Below are positions 10,913-25,100 of a DNA stretch of 64,000 nucleotides, in pieces. Made by a program: the position numbers and the translations under genes. Origin of the DNA: Azolla caroliniana (Eukaryota > Plantae > Polypodiophyta); NCBI GenBank assembly GCA_043228905.1, contig JBHGNT010000014.1, forward strand, positions 18,538,001 through 18,602,000, in the 5' to 3' direction. Below the pieces are notes generated by a model. That model made no database searches. It was not told the origin of the DNA and was given only the letters and a program-made list of their open reading frames with translations. Each line of letters starts with the position of its first letter. Position 1 is the stretch's first letter.

Positions 10913-12199
10913 GATTAAAATCATTCTACATTCTCAAAAATCACATAGTTAAATGAAAACCAAACTCTTTATCAATAAACCATCTTCCCTAGTTTGCGTC
11001 CCTAATGGTCTTCCTCACATTTCACACGCACGCACATAACCTCATGATAATGTACATCCAGTACTTAATGACAATGGGGCTTCATAATGTTTGCCACCAA
11101 TATGCTTTGCCTTGGATCATAACCTCCAAAAGTTTCAACATGTTTAAGCTCACAATAGTATATGCTTAAGAGATTGGCCTCTTTTTGGGTGCCTAATCCC
11201 CTCATAATGGCTAGCTCAGGGAAGATTCTACTATAATTGGAATTTGCAAGCTCAAGCGAATCCCATTTAAATGCATTCGCCTCTTTTCTAGGTAGGTAGT
11301 CTATTGCACATTACAGAAGACACAACCAAATATCAGCACATTTGTGATGTTTTCAGTTTGACATAACTTATGTTAGAATTGTATGTTCTAACTGGTCTTG
11401 TGGGAATTTAATGATCCTTAATCATCCCCCTCTAAGTGCTCAAGATTGGAGTCTTGATTGTGAATGTAAACTAGTTTATATTCACAGTGACATAATAGAT
11501 CTAAAATGTCTCAATTACAAAGTAAGGGATAAATGGCTCAAAACCTTATTTGTTTTATTGGATAGCTTCTATATAGAAGAGATTGATTTCCATACTTTCT
11601 ACACAAAAGGGGCTAACCCTATTGTGCTTTCTTGTGTGTCCCAAATGTATAAGGATGATACTTTTGTTCATATCTTACCTATGCTTTTAATGTTCGAATG
11701 TATGTGATATAGTATTAAACATTAAACAACCTCTATATGTTTATGAATAATCATGTGGAACATGTAAAGCTTCTTCTTCTTATGTAGTAATTTGTACGGG
11801 AGGGAAGCATGGATTTGTTTTACTAGCTCGAGTACTCATTGAAGAACATAATTTTCTATGTCTAGGCTTGCTATCAACTTGCATATTGTCCCCTCTAAGA
11901 CGTCTCATTTTCCCATTGAGTTTGCAACAAATTAACAAAAACCTTCATTGGCTCTCTTTTCCCCATTGAGTTTGTAAATAACTCCTTAAATGACATGCAT
12001 CGCCAATACGTACAAAAAACATTAAATACATGTTCCATTGTGAAAACAAATTGAAAGTTTTTATTTGAAAGAAATGGTTTCAGTGCCAAATTAATGACGT
12101 AGTTTTGCAATAAAGTCAAATTCAAATTTGGTGATATTTTCATATGTGTATAGAAATTGATAAAGCATCCTCAATCTCAACTAAATTATATGTACATAG

Positions 12200-13682
12200 A
12201 GTCGAATCATCTTGCCTTGGTCATCCATGGTAGAGTCCCATCCCAAAAATAGGAGAGATTTGAAATGCTAGATCAAAACAACTTTGTTAATTCATTAAAT
12301 TGAAGTTAGAGGCATCAAAAGCATGGTTAAGCATTTCTTTGAAATTTTGAAAAAGGAAACGTCGATGTCTTATAACCAAATCAGATTATGGGTGGTTGTA
12401 TTATAATGGGGAAAGGAAATGAATACAATGTTTTATATTTTCTATTTGTTCAACTTTTTCAATCGTGGAAAATTAAATTATAAAGCATATGTTCAATAGA
12501 GAAATGTGTTAGGTTGTTTGTTGGAGATTGACTTGATTTGTTGAAATAACTCAAATAAGATTGATTCACTTTGATGGAGAGTATTTGGACACTTTATCTA
12601 TTATATCTAATACCATCACTTCACATATTAATGGGCCCATGGGAAATTTTTATTCATAACTCCTTTATGAAAGACATGTTTTTGTGAACTTTTGCATGCA
12701 GTGCGCCAAGCTAAAGTAAAATAACTCGTTCCTATTATAAATGTTTCGAGTCTAACATATAAACGCAATGCTTTCATGTTGTTCTTTAACAAGAAATGTC
12801 AATGTTGTGCTTTTACATTATCGAAACACTGGACCAATTGGGGTGTTTCCACTTTGCATTTGAGAGCCTATTGGAAATGGATATGTTCATTCAAGGGGCC
12901 AACTAAATTTATTCTTTTCGATGGTTATTAGTGCATATGGCACTACCCGTTGGTCATTCATTGAAAGGGAATGTAGCACCCATTTTGCGGCAATGTTTGC
13001 CATGAACCTAAGGAGACTACTAGCCATGTCCTATGGTCTTGTTCTTTTGCTCAACAAGTATGGAAGAAAGTCATGTCTTTATTCCTAACAATCAATGTAG
13101 GTTGCCTATTCTCATGGGAATCAGCGATGTGGGGAGTATTACATTCCGGCTTGATGTTGTATGAGGCAAACGATGTTCATGAGGCAATGACAATACATAA
13201 TAGAAGATTGATATTAGTTAGTCCCTTCCAGCAACCTCGCAAGTAGGTGCGATCTGTCCAAATTTGGAAAGCTGTGACCACAATAACATTATGAGCCTTA
13301 TGGAAATATCAATGTAACCAACTTTATGACGGGGTAGACATTCATCTCTTAGATGTGCTGTTTGAGATATGGGAGAACTTGCTAGTAGTAGTCCGTGGCC
13401 AATACGACAATATGCAAGGTTCCCCAGATACTATGAACAAGAAAAGGAAAAAGCTTCTTCACTTATGGAAAAAGGTGCCCATGTTTACAATGTCAACTCA
13501 AGAGCCTCAATGGCAATATCGACTTCCATGGACTCTTTCTTGAATATCAACAAATGTAAACATCCTTGTATTTTACATCATTGTATAGGAAAAGTTGTAA
13601 CCTCCTTGGTAGCTAGGTTCAAGTTGTAGCCTTTGGGCTTTTGTTCTTAATACTATTGAAGAAAATCTTTTATTAAAAAAAG
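12200..13682 (+). mobile_element. Degraded L1-type LINE 3' fragment (zf-RVT region and poly-A); 5' boundary approximate
   Basis: Frameshifted FRWLLVHMALPVG...QC..KETTSHVLWSCSFAQQVWKKV at ~12920-13080; A-tract at ~13675-13681. Confidence 0.7.
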
Positions 13683-15255
13683 ATCATGTTAGTTAAGATA
13701 TTTATCATTCATTTACCGACTAATTTTCCTCCTTTCCATTCCATGTAATATGTAGTGCCCAACTTTATCATTGTAGATAGGTACTAGACAATCACAAATG
13801 CGTCACCATACCATTATTTTTGTTGTAAAAATCCTCTACACCATACTCATGATTATCATTTATTCACAAATTATTACACAATAGTACAATGTCTTTTATA
13901 CTCTGAGTCACAAGTAGTTATCATGGGGTGTATTTATTCGGTGAGCAAGTGGTAGGTGAACTTCTTAATGAGAATTGAGCTTTTTTCCATGAAGACAAGC
14001 TTTTGACTTAAGTTTTTTGCCATGAAGGCGAGCTTTTGATCGACATTGACGAAGTTTTAAAAGCGATTTTTATTTTCCTTTACATGACTTATCTATGACT
14101 CGCATTCCATGATACATTTACAAACCATGCGATCATATATCCACGAATGGATCAACAAAATGATCCATGGATAAGACATCCTTGACACATTTGTGACCAT
14201 CTATGCCCATTCATTTCATGTGTTATGATTATGCATTTTCCTAATCATAACATTCTCTAATTAATTCATGAGAAAATGAGTGTTCCTTTGACAAATAAAA
14301 AAATGAGTAACATTTTGACAAGGGCATTGGTTGGTTTAGAAATGCCCTTGGTTAAACATCTCTCAAGCAATTGTATGTGTTATTTGTGCAAATCTATGGT
14401 CAGTACATCCCCATTTTCTCAATTATATTGTTGTTTGAGCAATTATATGTCGTATTTATCCCATTTTCTCTCTTTGGAGGGAGGTCGATTGAAGGAATAT
14501 TTAACAAAATATTGTTGGAAAACAAGCAAATAATTAAGTGAGACATAATTAGGGAACTTGATATGACGGTTGACTCAATTGCTCAATTGTTAAGGTGAAG
14601 AGTTATACATTGTAATGTGGATGAGCTCAATAAGAAAATTGTGTGATGCAATTATTAAAGCTAAACCTTTTGTTACTACATTCATGTCAACTACATATGA
14701 CATTTGGATGAATCATATATATGCATGAAGATTGTGGCCTTTAAGCTTTCATTGTAATTCATGAGCCTCATGGATGGGTCATACAACACTCCCCCATTAT
14801 AAAGTTGTCTTATTATGCAATAACTCGTAATGTATTACTTGGGTTACCAAGTAACTAACTTGGAGGCATGTTGATGACTATGTAGTGACTTGTCGGAAGA
14901 TGGTGTCACATCAAGAGATTGCTTCCAACTTTGATATGGCAAAGAGGGTCGAGGTTTAGAGACATCGTGGCTATTCCAAATTAGGGAAACTTACATTTAA
15001 TCATGCAAGTCTCATATTAAGATTGGTGACAAATTGCGAAGGTTCCCTCTCTTGAATTCAACATGGTATTCAATTCACAATAAGTTCAACATATAGGTAC
15101 TTGGCAAAATGAAATTGTTGGCTATAACAAATGGATAAGTTTCTTTCATAGCTGACTTTTGGAAGGGGGTCTCCCATGGTGACACTTTGGATTTATTTGA
15201 AAATTATAATGGAGAAATCTAAACCTTTGAGGAAGAACATTTCGTGTGGAACCTA

Positions 15256-16600
15256 TTTTTTTTCCAAAAAAAATCCTTCATTAGTATTAAGAAAAGCACC
15301 GGAAGGCTACAAAATGTACAATCGGAGAGTGTTATATACAAAATACATGGTTAGGGCAAGGACCAAGGGTAATGATATATCCATATCGGTCCTTGAGATG
15401 AGATTGTGAACAGTGGCAACTTCCTCCATAACTGTAGTAATTTTTTCCTTTTCTTTAGAACAATCTCCGAAGAGCCTCGCGTATTGTCATATTGCCCATG
15501 CATTACTACCAATTAGCTCTCCCATAATTCCGGCAATATATCTGAGAGAAGAGGAATTATGGAATCATATCGTCTTTTACAACAATACTTCCATAAGATC
15601 CATAATGTAACTGTAGATACTGTTTTTCCATACATGGGTTGTACGCATTTGCTTGCGAGGTTGCTGAAAAGGAGATAGAAATTAGATGCTTGTTGATGAC
15701 TATTATAGCCTCTAGAGCATCATCTGCCTCATGCAACAAGAAACTGGAATGGAGAACCCCCCATACCGTTGATCCCCAAGAGAAGAGACAGCCTGCATTA
15801 ATTGTCATGAATAAAGAAAGAACTTTATTCCATACATGTTGGGCTAGTGAGCATGACCAAAGAGCATGCTTGGTAGTTTCCTACATGTCACCGCAATAAC
15901 AACATTGTTTAAGAACGGTTGTCACATCCCCTTTCAATGACTAACCTATTGGTAGTGTTGCATGTAGTAAAAGCCATCTGAAGCTCTTAGTCTATGAACA
16001 TCTTCATCATTAAAAAGATTGTTGGAATCTCTAGAACAATTTTGGGATGGATGACCTCCTACCTTTGAAATTTTGTTGATGTGATTGGGGTCTATGGTGA
16101 TCATTGATTTCCATGTAGTTAGAAATCATTGATTTCTAACATTGTTTCCTTGCTTGTGCAAGTGGAATATTCTAAGATGCCAAAATCATAGGCATGACTG
16201 TATAAGTGGGCTCAATCAACCACAAACATGTGACACTTATTGCAAAAGTCCGTTATTGTTGCAATGTTGTCAAGGACATCAATTTGAAGAGAAACAATAT
16301 ACTCATGCAAGTATAACATGACTATTTGCTTTTGTGATCCAATATGAGAAACAATATACTTGTGTAAGTATAACGTGACTATTTGCTTTTGTGATCCAAT
16401 ATTATAAGATTTGATAAGTTCTTGAGTTTGCAAGTTGAACCAACATCTTAAAACCTTAATAACATTAACAACATGAGCTTCTGAAATCACTCCCATCAAT
16501 TTTCTTTTCGAACTATTTCGACATAAAAATGGTAGAATTCAAATAAAATTGGAGCGCATGACCTTGGATATAAACTCATACACATACCAAGCATATAACT
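15256..16600 (-). mobile_element. Degraded L1-type LINE 3' fragment, same family as 12200-13682; 5' boundary approximate
   Basis: Minus strand FRWLLLHATLPIG...QCLYCGD.ETTKHALWSCSLAQHVWNKVLSLFMTINAGCLFSWG; T-tract at ~15256-15262 is the poly-A. Confidence 0.75.
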
Positions 16601-17084
16601 TTCTCACTTATGAAGCAACTCCTAAAATGATGGTCATTATTAAAGTACACTTCTTAGCAATTATGATAATAGTGTACATCTCGAAAACATCCTTGGAAGG
16701 GTTTTCATCTAGGAATGGTTGTAGTAATGGCTAGTTGAAAAGTAGCATAAGAAATGTTGCTTGGGCTTTATTTTTAATTCATCCCATTGCCAATATTGTG
16801 GGATAAAAAAGTAGTTGCATCTATGCACACTTCGAGAGTATAAGATGCAAAATTTTGTTAGAATGTTGAGTCATTGAAGAATCGGAGGCACCGTGGTGTT
16901 TGAACTTCGAGTGGCTCAGTAAGTGGGCCAACAATTTCATGGAACCAACCTTGACTATTTTGTGGGTGAGATGCATCTTATCATTGTAGATTTTGGGGGT
17001 ATATGCATAAGTTGGCATCCGCTTGGGCAAAATCGTAACAATATTATAAAAAAGTGACGGGTGTCATGGTAGTTGAATTGCTAC

Positions 17085-17303
17085 TGAATAAGTGTCATAT
17101 CCAGATTGTGGGGGTGACTATGTGGCCACTCAACCCCTCTTGATCCTATGTTGAATTTCCATTGAATAGGTGCCATATCTAGATTGTCGGGGTGACTTGC
17201 AACCACTACCCCTCTTGATCCTATGTTGAATTGCGATTGAATAGGTTCCATATCCAGATTGTGGGGCAGACTATGTGGCCATTCAATCCCTCTTGATCCT
17301 ATT
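17085..17303. repeat. About 78-bp tandem repeat, 3 copies
   Basis: catatc.agattgt.ggg..gact...cctcttgatccta repeated three times. Confidence 0.85.
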
Positions 17304-17499
17304 AAAATGTTCAACCAGTGGATGTCAACGGTTAATATGATAAATGATCTTATTGAAGAAACCACTTGTGTTGAATCTCGTGTTGTTGAGTTGTTGCAAG
17401 ATCCTCTATCGTCATGGGTAGAAGTAATTGTTGGTGAAATAGAATATATGGATATCCAAGTGACTACACAAGAGGGTTTTTCTACTAGGCATGTTCCCT

Positions 17500-17740
17500 T
17501 CCATGTAAGTTTTTCTGGGTGAATGTGATTGTGTGATAGGAAATATCTCCTGGTGCATGTGTAGGTGTAAAGGAAGAATTCCATGAAAGTTTTTTGGGGG
17601 TGAATGTGATTGTGTGGTAGGAAATATCTCATGGTGCATGTGTAGGTGTAAAGGAAGAATTCCATGTAAGTTTTTTGGGGGTGAATGTGATTGTGTGGTA
17701 GGAAATATCTCATGGTGCATGTGTAGGTGTAAAGGAAGAA
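17500..17740. repeat. About 80-bp tandem repeat, 3 copies
   Basis: gggtgaatgtgattgtgtg.taggaaatatctc.tggtgcatgtgtaggtgtaaaggaagaa repeated three times. Confidence 0.9.
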
Positions 17741-18100
17741 GTGACTGGTGGAGGCATGTTTGTGGCAAGGGATAGGTAAATAGGCATATGTTTTAGCATC
17801 CATCCATGGGCTTGTCCCATGGTGAGGATCAAACTAAGGTCCTCTCAAGTTTATGACTTTGATGCTATGCTATAAATAACCAAACCAACAACTAGAAAGA
17901 GATGTATGAATTTGGCAACTGGAATTGGGAACATTGTCAAATGAATCATGTCCAAAAAATGGATGAGTAGAGTTTGCATTATTATTCTCACTAAGCCTAA
18001 ATGTATCCTTCAATTGTTACTTACATATTCCTATTTCTAGTGTTGCTAATGTGAGTGTTGGAGATGGGTTGTCTATGGGCAGATGATTATGACACAACAC

Positions 18101-21100
18101 TGTATGGTAATGGACTACAAGTTAATGAAAGAGAGTAAAGAACAGAGATGTAACAAAGACAACTTGCAACAAAGGAGACAATGTGAGAGAGAATAACATA
18201 TATGAGGCACAAATACAAATTTTATTATTCAAGAATCAACAAATGACAACATCCATACAAACTAGTTACAAAGTTGGTTATGTACTAACCAAGCTAGGGC
18301 AACCGCTCATTATGCTATTTATAGAAGTAGCCTAATCTAGTTTGTCCAATGGGGTAATGTGAATATGTCCATTATATTACCATATTCGACATCGAGGTCT
18401 AATGAGTTGGACTATTCTGGAGTGTGATATGAGTGACATGTTGAGTGGGATGATGTGGATGAGGTTGTAGGTGGAGAGCAACATATCATCCACATAGAGG
18501 ATGAGGAAGATGGGTGGCCATCTTCTGCATTCTTTGAATAGAGGCAATGGTCCTCATCACTCCGAGAAAATCTGATCGACTGTATGAAGTTGTTGAATTT
18601 CTGATACCATTGCCTCGGTGCTTGCTTGAGGCCGTAAAGACTCTTCTTGAGTTGGCAGACTAGACGTTTCTGATCGAGTGACATGAAGCCTTTCAACTGC
18701 TCCATATAGATTTTTTCGTCTAAGTCACTGTGAAGAAAAGTCATTTTCACATCTAGTTGAAGAATCTCGAGGTCTTCGGTAGCGACGACGGAGAGTAAGA
18801 ACCGAAGGGTTGTTATCTTAACTACAAGTGAAAAAAATTCGTCAAAGTCCACCCCGTATTCTGGCCGAAATCCCTTCATGACTAATTTGGCCTTATACTT
18901 GGGACTTGCCGAATCAGATGTCTCCTTGAGTTGAAAGACCCATTTGCATGGCAGCGCACGTCGATTCTTTGACAATTCTATTAGGACCCATGTTTGATTC
19001 TTTCAGATGGAATTCGTTTCTGATTCCATTACAAGTCACCAGTTCACCAAATCGGCACATGTCGAAGCTTCTTCATATGTTGTTGGTTCGCCAGAGTTTG
19101 TGAAGAAGAGGTCGAGACAGTAGATCCTCTCTAGTGGCTGAGATAGTCTTTTGGATCTACGTGGTAAGACTGGACATGTCGGCAGCTCTAATACAGTCAT
19201 GCTTGGTATGTTCGTATTTCGAGTGTTCAGGTCGGTCGGAGCCATATTCATCAAATTCGGTTGTGTCAAAGTTTCGGCTCTTTCCGCAATATTGGTCTCA
19301 ACCGAATCGGGAATTGGAGGTATGGATACCTGTGAAGCTGACATGGTATGTTGTATTAGGCCATCTAGAAGAGTCTACACATCCGAAAAAATGACTCCCT
19401 TACCTCGATCTGACGTCCAGCTGCCGTGTGCATTTTTTACTTGTTAAATACCATGTCCGAACTTCAGACAACTTGGCAAGTCTCAAGATCCCATAGCCGC
19501 TAGCAAAAAATTCAGTCAGGTTCATATCCATGGAAAATGCATTTTCGTGACCTTGGCTCAAATTTTCAACATTCGTCCCGTGGCACAAGCACGTATGCCT
19601 CACAACCAAATATCCATAACTTTCCATAATCTGGTCTCTTGCCAATCCAGAGCTCTTGCAAAATTTAAAGTCCAAGAGGCCTACTTGGAGACATATTGAT
19701 AATATGTATAGGAGTAAGTAGCGCCTCGGCCCAGAGTCATTCGAGAGTTCGGAATGGTGCAACATGGCGACAATTCGCTCTTGAATTGTTTGATTCATGC
19801 ATTCAACAATACCATTATGCTCTGGACTATATGGAGCCGTAAATTCCCATCTAATGTCATGTTGTCAGCATAATTCATTGTATTCTCTCCCATTGTCCGA
19901 TCGTAGGCATTTCAATTTTTGGCCAGACTAGTTTTCGACCATTGCGAGCCATTCAGAAAAGATCATGAATACAGGATCTTTCGTCCGAGCTGGGTAGGCC
20001 CACACTTCCTAGTCGCATCACCAATGAAAGTGATGAAATATGAAACGCGCCACCGGGAGACTGATGTGGCATAGGGCCACAGACGTCTGAATGGACCAAG
20101 TCGAGTGGGATCGACTCCCTTGATGCACTAGTCAGGTGTGAAGCCGCAACCTGCTTGTCGTATTGGCAATGCTCACAAAATTGATGGTTGGAGGAGAGCT
20201 TGGGAATGTGGCTGACCTTGGATAGATGTGTTATGCCAGCTTTGCTTAGGTGGCCGAGTTGTCCATGCCATAGGGATGCCACAAGAATGTCTACAAAATA
20301 AGTCCCCCTCTCAAAGGGTGACATATAGTGGGTGCAATGAATGTACCTTCGGCCCCCAACCAAGCAAGAGGTTCCCTTTGTGGAGCATACACCCTCCCAA
20401 TGAGAAGCCAGCACGGATGCTTGCTTCGTCAAGTTGTCCCACTAAAATTAATGGTTATGTTCGTTCTGAGACGTGTCAAATGTTATGAAGTTCTAATTTA
20501 GTAGAACCACCTGGAAGATTGAGTTCTACTATACCGATGCAGACGATTGCACAATGCTGGGAATTGCCGACTCAAACCGAGTCAAAATTACAAGCTGTAT
20601 ATTGCCGAAACTTCGACCGATGTGGGGTCACATGATAGGAGGCACCCGAATCAAGAAGCCAGCTCGTAGCTTCTTTGATCATATACAAAACTTCTGATTT
20701 GACCATGTTTTTTATTATTAGAATATTTGGGTCATCTGACAAGATTTCAACCAAAGAGTCGACAATGGAAGTTACTCTGACGAAATTCACTTCCCCTGTT
20801 TGGTTGCCCTTTTGCTCTAATATTTGAGCCTTTTCATTCTTCGCCTTTACGGCTTGCCATTTGACTTTGATGTGTCCAGGATTCTTACAATAATTACATG
20901 TTCCTGTGTCTCTAGACTTGCTTTGGCTCCTTGTGTTTGTCGGCACTTGGGAAGAACTTCTTCCCCCACTGTTTGGTCGGTCACCCAAACTTTGCACCAT
21001 AAAGGCATGACTTGCCCAGTCATGTACGAAGGTTTTCCTCCGAGCGTCTTCAACAAGATAGACACATGGTCATGACGAACATTTCCCATGAAGGAGGAAG

Positions 21101-22153
21101 ACTACTCATTAGTAATAGAGGTTTCAACTCGTCATCAATTGTCATTCCTTGGGCCAAAATTTGGGAAATTATGCTCTCATAGTCATTCAGGTGAACCTAG
21201 ACTGAATCAGATTCTTTCATTAGAAGGTTATAAAGGCGCCGAATCAAATAGATATTCGTGGCGGCCACCTTTCTCATATGTGTTCAACAATGTTTTCCAC
21301 TGTCGATAGGTTGTCAAACATGATTGCACCATATAATAGACCAATTCGGATAAGTGCATCCAAATGGTGGCAGGAGCTATACAGTCTAGCTTCCTCCACT
21401 TGTTCAGCTTGTACTCTTCTGAGGGTTCTCACTCTTGATCGGGTCGATCTAACCCTTCACGATTAGATAATCTCGCATTTGTTCCTTCCAAAAGTTGAAG
21501 TTCATGTCATCGAACTTCAGAAGACTCATCTCTAACGAGATGGATATAGAGGCCATTTAAATACAAGTCAGTTGATTGACGTTCTGCTTGGAGTGGCCAC
21601 GACTGAAAAGAAGGTACTACCATGTATGGTTTACCCGAAACACGAGATAGATGAAGTAAACACAAACTTAACCAAAAAATGCTTCTTTCTTTCACGAACT
21701 TGAAACAGGGGAGAGAGCATGAGCGAGAGCAATAGAGAGGCACAAATACAAATTCTATTATTCAAGAATCAACAAATGACAACATCCATACAAACTAGTT
21801 ACAAAGTTGGTTATGTATTGACCAAGCTAGAGCAACTGCCCTTTATGCTATTTACAGAAATAGCCTAATCTAGTTTGTCCAATGGGGTAATGTGAATATG
21901 TCCATTATATTACCATATTCGACAGCGAGGTCTAATTAGTTGGACTATTCTGGAGTGTGATATGAGTGACATGTTGAGTGGGATGGTGTGGATGAGGTTG
22001 TAGGTGGATTGTGAGGAAAAGGAGGAGAAATGTTAGGGTCAATGTTAGCAGGTGGTGCACATGGTTAGTCTAAATTACCTTTGAAGTTATGGTGTTTTTG
22101 AGAGCCCCCACCATGGTGGTCATCATCATTTGGGTCATCATTGATGCTCAACA
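18101..22153 (-). mobile_element. Decayed Ty1/copia element with deletion from the RT YVDD motif into the 3' LTR
   Basis: CNYCKNPGH knuckle, WLLDSGASYHVT, LDLVHSDVCGP, ALPCKWVF..YKAKLV, LKKSLYGLKQAPRQW, LYVDDMLL. About 270-bp direct repeat at 18204-18474 and 21737-22008; right LTR 21623-22153 is bounded by TGT...ACA. Confidence 0.88.
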
Positions 22154-22179
22154 TCTATTGCTCGTGCCTTGGCTTCAGT

Positions 22180-25100
22180 TTATTGATGGGAGCCCAACTT
22201 GATGGTTACACGTTTATGGATGTGCGGTTGATCTGGTCTTTTTGTCCAGGTGTGGGTAGTCCGCAAATTCACAGACATGTCTATTTCATCGAGTCTCTCT
22301 CCAAGACAATGCTCAGATCATCACGGCTTTCGTGTGGGTCAGAACTTGCTCAACAAGGAATTTGACTACCTTAGGTGGGAAGAAGCCATCATCAACTACA
22401 CTTACCCATGACTTGCACTTGCCAATGACCAGCATTTGCATCTACATTTGCATTGCCACTTGCTTACTTGCTAGCTATGTATTTTATTGGTTTGCTACTG
22501 CCACTTTTGTTTTCTGAAAATGGTTTTGTTTACTAAAACGTTAAAATGTTCTTGAAAACTGTTTTAGGGTTTGCATTCTTGTTGGATGCATGCATTGGAC
22601 GATTTTTCAATACGTTCTTGAAAATGTTCTACATGTATTGGATGATTTTTGAATATGGTTGCATGTTGCATGCTGAAAACTTGAATGATTTCTGAATATA
22701 CTTGCATTATCAGTGGGTGTAATCCAAATGTTTCTTAATATGGATGCATGTTTCTAAATCTAGTATTAGGGTTTAAATTCTTGTAGTTTTTGAAGGTCAT
22801 AATTATTTTTATTCTGCCTTTGCTTGTATAGATGGTTGCCAGGTCCAAAGAGTTCTAAGAGTTTGATGCCGGGTGGGGTGAAAGAAGACCTACTGAAGGG
22901 AGGTATGGCACGATTCATTTTTCAACAATGTATACAAGACTACAATAGTGATGCATGTGTGCTAACTTTGGTTTTGGTTGCAAGGTTTTTGTAAGAAGGG
23001 GTACCAGAAGCAACGTATCTACCAAGATGGAGGCTGAAATCCCATATTTGCATTGGACCATTGGTTCGTAGAAGTATTGTGGTGCAAGGTTCTGAGCAAC
23101 GTATCTACCAAGATGGAGGCTGAAATCCCATATTTGCATTGGACCATTGGTTCGTAGAAGTATTGTGGTGCAAGGTTTTGAGCATTAGTTCGGTCATGAA
23201 GATGTGGAGCTCCTTCACAAGGTTTTGGGGTTTTCGATATCTTAAACTGTTGGGCCAACCATATCATATATTCCCATTTTTGTATACTCAGTGTATTATC
23301 ATTGTAAGAACATTTCGTATATCTACCATTTTGTACATGGTATATTCATAATTCGTTGTATAATGGATTAATATGAAAGAGGAAACAAAATTTGACGCAA
23401 TTTATATATGGTGTCAAAGTGTATATGGTATTGTTAAATGTCAAAACCATGGTGAATATGGTGATCAAAATGTTGGTGTGGTTTGTCAAATGTTGCCACT
23501 ACCCCTTATCGGCCATGAGCTCGACTCGTTAATCAAGAGCTTGACCAAAATAACGGATTTCTACCAACTACCTATAATGATCATTTTCCAACCATCATGT
23601 TGGTGTGGTTTTCCGACAAAATAATCATTTTATACTCAAAATAACCACTTGCCATCATTCAAACATCCTACTTGCTATCTAGCATGCTAATTGCAATCAT
23701 GTTGGGAGATGCTAATTTCATATTTGTAATGTAGGAAGACGAATTGGAGGGAGTGTCATATATTCCATAAAATCATTTACATCGGAGGAAGACAATGAGT
23801 CCTCTACATCCGAACGAGAGGACGAGGTGGTGGATCCCTTCATATATTGTTCCCCAAGGTAATTTGCGTTCACAAGAGGTACTTTGATTTTATGGTTAAA
23901 GATTTATCGAGACTAGTTAAGGTCATGATTGAAAGATTAAAAGATGTTGCAAGAGGTGCACCTCTCAATCTTAATGCATGGAGACGCGTGAAGAGTCGAC
24001 TCATGCTAGGAAATGAGAGTGAAATCTACCTTAAGGCATCAACTAATCTTCAAGTAAGTTATGGAGAGAAATTGAGGGAGGTAGTATTTACATCACATGG
24101 AGGGCCTCCTATCACCCTTTGCCTCAGACTCTTAAAGAGCTAAAGAAACATTGGGCAAGTGATCTTCGTGATCATGGCATTGCTAGTACATACGTAAAAA
24201 CACTAATTGATCAACGTCATTGTCAATCAATACAAAAGGCAACACCAAACAACATGGAGGGAACGAGTGTCATCAAATATAAGTGATCGCAGTAGATCCC
24301 TTAAGTTATGCGATATGCTCATGGATGTTCAAATCAAGTATCATACACGGTTTTGGAAGGGGTCCAAAAGGGTGCACATGTGACTAGGTATAATTGTCAT
24401 CACGTAGGTGCTCCTCAACGAGTTCATCCTTGCTTTCAACGATGAAAGGGTTCATCGCAATGTGGTTGTAGTTTCCATGTCAACATTAGAATGAATGACG
24501 AGGTTGACCATGGGACCATGACCATTTCAATATATGGACCTCATAATGGTCAAGTTCTAGAAAGTATACAGGATGTTTACCATTTGCTAGCACACCCAAA
24601 TGTCATAAGTTGTTGCAAAGATGACGTATTTCATGTTAGGTGTGCAAGGCATGTTGCACAAATGATTGTGTGGAAAGAAGCATATCACAAGTCCATGGCT
24701 AGTCTATTAAAACTTGGGTAGAACTTGTTAGTTATAAATTCTTTATGATACAAAAGGAGGTCCATAATATGGAAAATATGTTAAAAATCGGAAGTTCAAG
24801 GGAAAGTGGGTCACGCCTAACCAAACTTGCTTGGTCCCAATGAATCTCCAACCCAAGAACCATTTACCTTGATACTTGAATATCAATGAATGTTGCAAAT
24901 GTGTGGCTCGATTGTCACAAAACAACTCTTGGGCGATCAACTCCACATTTAAAACAATCAATTCGAGTTCATTATATGCAACCGCTGCCCCAAACGTCAT
25001 GGGAATTGAGATCCCCTATAGTACGTGATTTGTAGTTTTGATAAGGGGTCAAATCATGAGTAAACTACATTAGAAACTTGCTTGAGAGTCATATTCTCAA

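Noticed and set aside
17085-17740. CRISPR-like array
   Set aside because: Units repeat along their whole length with no unique spacers, no cas genes are present, and the context is eukaryotic.
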